Under the pieces are notes generated by a model that saw only the letters and a list, made by a program, of their open reading frames with translations, was not told the DNA's origin and made no database searches. Position numbers and translations under genes: made by a program. Positions 60,801 through 64,000 of a stretch of DNA of 64,000 bases are shown in pieces (position 1 is the first letter of the stretch; every line of letters starts with the position of its first letter). The DNA comes from an uncultured Chloroflexia bacterium (GTDB taxonomy: Bacteria > Chloroflexota > Limnocylindria > Limnocylindrales > CSP1-4), in assembly GCA_963828165.1 (NCBI GenBank), contig CAWHDR010000001.1, positions 1,344,001 through 1,408,000 of the forward strand. Reading direction: 5' to 3'.

Positions 60801-61692
60801 CCGTCCCGCCCTCGCCCAGACCTTCGAGTCGACCGCGACCGGCGGGCAGGCGACGGTCATCGTCAATCACCTCAAGTCCAAGGGATCGGCTTGCGACGGC
60901 GACCCGGACACGGGCGACGGCCAGGGCAACTGCAACCTGACCCGAGTCGACGCCGCGGAGGCACTGGTCGACTGGATCGCCAGCGATCCGACCGATAGCG
61001 GCGACCTGGATGCGATCGTCATCGGCGATCTCAACAGCTACGCCGAGGAGGATCCGATCGGGGTCTTCGAGGACGCCGGCTACGAGAACATGATCCGGAC
61101 GTTCCTCGGCGACGAGGCCTACTCGTTCGTCTTCCAGGGCCAGTCCGGCTACCTGGACCATGCCCTGGCCGACGCGACGCTGCCGGCCCAGATCACCGGG
61201 ACCACCGAGTGGCACATCAACGCGGACGAGCCGATCGTTCTCGACTACAACACCGACTTCAAGTCGGAGAATCACGTCGAGACCCTGTTCGCGCCACACG
61301 CCTATCGCTCGTCCGACCATGACCCGGTCCTGGTCGGCGCCGATCTCCTGGCCTACGACTTCGGCGGCTTCCTGAATCCCGCCTCTGGCTCCGGCGTGAC
61401 CACCATCAACGCCGGACGAACCTTGCCGGTCCGCTTCTCGCTGGACGGCGATCGGGGGCTCGCGGTGTTGTACGGCGACCCCGCGTTCCAGCGGACGGAT
61501 TGCTCGTCCGGGGCGGCGATCGGCTCGCCGATCACGGCCGTCGCAAATGAGCCGTTCTCGTACTCCGCCGCGACCGACACCTACAAGTTCGCGTGGAAGA
61601 CCCAGAAATCCTGGGCGACGTGGTGCGGAACGCTGACCATGGTCTTCGCCGACGGCACGTCCGAGGAGTTGGACGTGCGCTTCAAGAACTGA
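57817..61692 (+). CDS. ExeM/NucH family extracellular endonuclease with two lamin-tail-like domains, two Ig-like domains and a C-terminal PxKF-like domain
   Basis: Signal peptide; INEIHYDN and ISQVYGGGGN; ITFSEPV twice; ERFEGMLV, NVLNYF, NHLKSKG, GDLNSY and SSDHDP. Confidence 0.92.
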   Translation: MSVSHRAPARPLILALIAAMAIAALPAGRALAFTLDPATVWINEIHYDNTGADAGETVEIAGPAGTDLTGWTLVGYNGSGGAPYETKALTETIPDQQNGFGTVKVDFVGLQNGSPDAIALVHGSDLVQFLSYEGTFTGVGGAANGELSTDIGVSENGAGAAGNSLRLTGTGSTYQDFTWNAEAASSWASPNPGQTFQADPGDATPSVALTTPLDGATNVPANAPIRITFSEPVTLDAEAAILSCKEATLAPTDDPKVFEFVYLPPLPAGGTCGYTIDRTKVHDVDTDDPPDGMASDVTVSFTVATPVVVSPDIKISQVYGGGGNAGADYRNDFIELFNRSAADVSVAGWSVQYASSTGATWQVTPLSGSVPAGKHYLIQEAAGAGGTLFLPDPDATGTIPMSATAGKVALVASTTPLTGTCPTGGAIVDFVGYGTAANCFEGAGPTGATSNTTAALRKGEGATDTDNNNADFVIGAPNPRAAHDSAPRVASTFPAATATGVPSWANLTITFSEPVDVTDGWYSINCATSGSHAATASGGPGTFTLDPTANFVGGEACTVTVVAANVTDEDTDDPPNAMAADHVLSFTVAADVTCGDPATFIHQIQGSGLASPLVNQTVEVQGVVVGAYPGANGFQGLHVQEEDGDHDTDPATSEGIFIFEPNGGATYAVGDVVRIKGRVTEFTTTGVTLTELTNLNNLVVCASGQTVTPATVSLPFSSLTFAERFEGMLVDIDQELSVTETFTLGRFGEVVLSSGGRLITPTNVVAPGAPAIAMQAENDRNRIVLDDGDNRQNLDPTLYPTGGLSASNTLRIGDSTDGGTFVLEQRFGTYRLQPTATLPTFEPTNPRPEDPDGVGGTIKVASMNVLNYFTTLDTNPGSGNGPDICGPSLLECRGANTEFELDRQRAKILSALIGLDADVVGLMEIENNDHEAVADLVEGLNEILGAGTYDYIDTGTIGTDAIKVAFIYQPASATPVGEYAILDSTVDPRFLDQRNRPALAQTFESTATGGQATVIVNHLKSKGSACDGDPDTGDGQGNCNLTRVDAAEALVDWIASDPTDSGDLDAIVIGDLNSYAEEDPIGVFEDAGYENMIRTFLGDEAYSFVFQGQSGYLDHALADATLPAQITGTTEWHINADEPIVLDYNTDFKSENHVETLFAPHAYRSSDHDPVLVGADLLAYDFGGFLNPASGSGVTTINAGRTLPVRFSLDGDRGLAVLYGDPAFQRTDCSSGAAIGSPITAVANEPFSYSAATDTYKFAWKTQKSWATWCGTLTMVFADGTSEELDVRFKN

Positions 61693-61710
61693 TCGTGTAG
61701 CCGCCACCTC

Positions 61711-61750
61711 GACGCCGGCCGGCGGGTCATCACGACCCTCGGCCGGCGTC
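61711..61750 (+). terminator. GC-rich hairpin after the nuclease gene
   Basis: GACGCCGGCCG...GGGTC-atcac-GACCC...CGGCCGGCGTC. Confidence 0.6.
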
Positions 61751-61815
61751 GTCATGTCGTGACGGTCCTGCATGCCAGCCCATCGGAGGGCGGGCCGGGT
61801 CGCTAGCATCTGGAC

Positions 61816-62808
61816 GTGCTCGTCGAATCGGTCCCGAACGTGTCCGAAGGTCGCCGGCCCGACGTCGTCGACCGGATGGCGGAGGCGATCTCGTCGGTCC
61901 CCGGTGTCTCCTTGCTCGACCGCACGAGCGACGCGAGCCACAACCGCTCGGTGTTCACGATCGCCGGCGAGCACGAGGGGGTCACGACGGCCCTGGAGAA
62001 CCTCGTCGAGAGCGCGATCCACGAGATCGACATGGACACCCACGAAGGGGAGCATCCGCGCATCGGCGCGGTCGATGTCATCCCGTTCATCCCGCTCGCC
62101 GATGCGACGATCGACGCGTGCGTCGACCTGGCGCGCTCGTTCGCCGAGCGCATCGCGACCCGGTTCGACATCCCCGTCTACCTGTACGCGCGCGCCGCAA
62201 CGAGGCCCGACCGCGAGAAGCTCGCCGACGTCCGCCGCGGGCAGTACGAGGGCCTGCGGGCCGAGATCGGTCAGCGCGGCCGTGAGCCCGATTTCGGTCC
62301 GGCCCACCTTCACCCATCGGCCGGGGCGATCGCCGTCGGAGCGCGGCCGTTCCTCATCGCCTACAACATCAACCTCGACACGACGGACGTCGATCTTGCG
62401 AAGCGGATCGCCCGGCGCGTGCGCGAGTCGGGCGGGGGACTGCCCCGGGTGCAGGCCAATGGCTTCGAGGTTCGCGAGCCGGAACGTGGCCACCCACTCC
62501 GCGCCCAGGTCTCGATGAATCTCCTCGACTTCACCGTGACGCCACTCTGGGTCGTCTGGGACGCCGTCCGCGACCTCGCGGCGGAAGACGGCGTGGAGCC
62601 CGCGGAGTCCGAGCTCATCGGGCTCGCACCGCTGGCCGCCTTCCTGGATGTCGCCGACCGGGCCGGCGCGGACGCAGACAAGCCGCTCGACGAACGGCTA
62701 CGAGCCGCGGCGACGTACCTTCGCCTGCGGGACTTCTCGCCGACGCAGGCGCTCGAGCTACGCCTCGAGGAAGCGCGCGGATCGCCCGGCGGGCGCCACG
62801 CCCCATGA
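61816..62808 (+). CDS. ftcD: Glutamate formimidoyltransferase
   Basis: VESVPN.SEGR, D.SHNRSV.T, H.GEHPRIGAVDV.PF and GARPFLIAYN.NL. Confidence 0.95.
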   Translation: MLVESVPNVSEGRRPDVVDRMAEAISSVPGVSLLDRTSDASHNRSVFTIAGEHEGVTTALENLVESAIHEIDMDTHEGEHPRIGAVDVIPFIPLADATIDACVDLARSFAERIATRFDIPVYLYARAATRPDREKLADVRRGQYEGLRAEIGQRGREPDFGPAHLHPSAGAIAVGARPFLIAYNINLDTTDVDLAKRIARRVRESGGGLPRVQANGFEVREPERGHPLRAQVSMNLLDFTVTPLWVVWDAVRDLAAEDGVEPAESELIGLAPLAAFLDVADRAGADADKPLDERLRAAATYLRLRDFSPTQALELRLEEARGSPGGRHAP

Positions 62809-64000
62809 CCAGCTCGTTCCGCGTCATCGAGGGCGGCCGCACGGGTGAGCTCACCCCGGGCTTCCTCGTCGTCGGCGCCTCGGAGGTCGTCACGCTGGAC
62901 GGCGGCGTACGGCGCGGCCCTGGACAAGGCGAGGTAGGGCGCCTCGTGGCGGACGATCCAGCGGGGCCCGAAGCGCCGTCCGTCGCGGGCTGGGAGGGTC
63001 GGATCGTTGCGGTTGGGCCACGCGCGGCGGTCGAGGCTGCGCTGGAAGCGGAGGGCTTGCCGCTCGGTCGGTTCGCCCGGATCGACGCGGCGGGAGGGGC
63101 GGTCACTCCCGGGCTCATCGACCCGCACACGCACCTGCTGTTCGCCGGGTCGCGCGAACACGAGCTCGTGCTGCGTCAGGAAGGCGCGTCGTATCTCGAC
63201 ATCCTGGCGGCGGGCGGCGGGATCCTGTCCACGGTCGCCGCGACCCGCGCTGCCTCGGAGGGCGAGCTGCTGGCCCACGGACGCCGATGGCTCGATGAGA
63301 TGCTCGGCCATGGCGTGACCACGATCGAGGCGAAGTCCGGTTACGGGCTCGATCTCGAGACCGAGCTGCGCCTGGTCGACATCGCGCACCGGCTGGGTCG
63401 CGAAGGGCCGATCGATGTCGTGCCGACTTGGCTGGGTGCCCACGCCGTGCCGCCCGAGTTCCGGTCGCGCCCGGACGGGACCGAAGCGTACGTGCGCTCG
63501 GTGATCGACGAGCAGCTCCCTGGGATCGCCGCCCACGGTCGGGCACGCTTCGCCGACGTGTTCTGCGAGACCGGGGTGTTCACGCCGGATCAGTCGCGCC
63601 GGGTCCTCGAGGCAGCCCGGGGGTTCGGCCTGGAGCCCCGGCTCCACGCCGACGAACTGGCACCTTCCGGCGGAGCGGAGCTGGCCGCCGAGCTCAACGC
63701 CGCCTCGGCCGACCACATGGCCACGCCGTCGAAGGCGGGCATCCGCGCGATGGCCGCGGCGGCCGAGGCCGGAAATCCGGTGGTGGCGACCTTGCTTCCG
63801 ATCACGACCTGGTTCCTCATGAAGGATCACCACGCCCCGGCCCGCGCATTCGTCGACGCCGGCGTGCCCGTGGCGATCGGCACGGACTTCAACCCCGGGA
63901 CCTCACCGGCACCGAACCTCGCGTTGGCCATGTCGTTCGCGTGCGTGAACCTGGGCCTGTCGCCGGACGAGGCCCTCTCGGCCGTCACGATCAACGCGGC
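62805..64000 (+). CDS. hutI: Imidazolonepropionase; runs off the window
   Basis: ATG 62805 overlaps the ftcD stop; PGLIDPHTHL.FAG.R..E, GGGILSTV, E.KSGYGL, HADE and TDFNPGT. Confidence 0.95.
   Translation, partial: MTSSFRVIEGGRTGELTPGFLVVGASEVVTLDGGVRRGPGQGEVGRLVADDPAGPEAPSVAGWEGRIVAVGPRAAVEAALEAEGLPLGRFARIDAAGGAVTPGLIDPHTHLLFAGSREHELVLRQEGASYLDILAAGGGILSTVAATRAASEGELLAHGRRWLDEMLGHGVTTIEAKSGYGLDLETELRLVDIAHRLGREGPIDVVPTWLGAHAVPPEFRSRPDGTEAYVRSVIDEQLPGIAAHGRARFADVFCETGVFTPDQSRRVLEAARGFGLEPRLHADELAPSGGAELAAELNAASADHMATPSKAGIRAMAAAAEAGNPVVATLLPITTWFLMKDHHAPARAFVDAGVPVAIGTDFNPGTSPAPNLALAMSFACVNLGLSPDEALSAVTINA

Noticed and set aside
55939-62493. Long minus-strand ORFs (721 aa, 841 aa) and similar ones elsewhere
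   Set aside because: Typical GC-rich antisense shadows of hutU, the nuclease and ftcD, with no recognisable motifs.
1-64000. CRISPR arrays, tRNA/rRNA, IS elements, integrases, prophage
   Set aside because: None recognised. The only tandem repeat noticed is the coding 21-mer at 19406.

Overview
GC-rich bacterial chromosomal segment, probably Chloroflexota (inferred from gene content, GAAC-N4-GTTC LexA boxes and pervasive leaderless-type starts; not verified). Dense frameshifts at about 6.6-14 kb, 22.7-25.5 kb and 27.7-31.5 kb look like long-read assembly errors. Layout: (1) 0-18 kb, surface-glycan genes: several GT-C/GT87-like membrane glycosyltransferases, GT2/GT4, and a lower-GC WecE/WecD/methyltransferase cassette. 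(2) 19.7-31.6 kb, a minus-strand signalling cluster. (3) dnaB, lexA and rplI. (4) Three more large GT-C-type membrane genes. (5) dinB plus an SOS-boxed DUF6504-like gene. (6) fchA-folD-fhs and hutH/hutU/ftcD/hutI, with an ExeM-type nuclease in between. Best candidate for an undescribed system (19735-27323, minus strand): MalT-like/BTAD regulator -> promoter -> c-di-GMP-II-like riboswitch with terminator -> unannotated ~29-aa signal-peptide-like ORF ending LAGGASLKGF (needs one indel correction) -> membrane-sensor HD-GYP phosphodiesterase -> DUF5317-MFS fusion whose N-terminal domain has an LspA-like two-Asp motif. I interpret this as a putative peptide-pheromone/c-di-GMP feedback circuit. All family calls come from motif recognition by eye; no searches were run.
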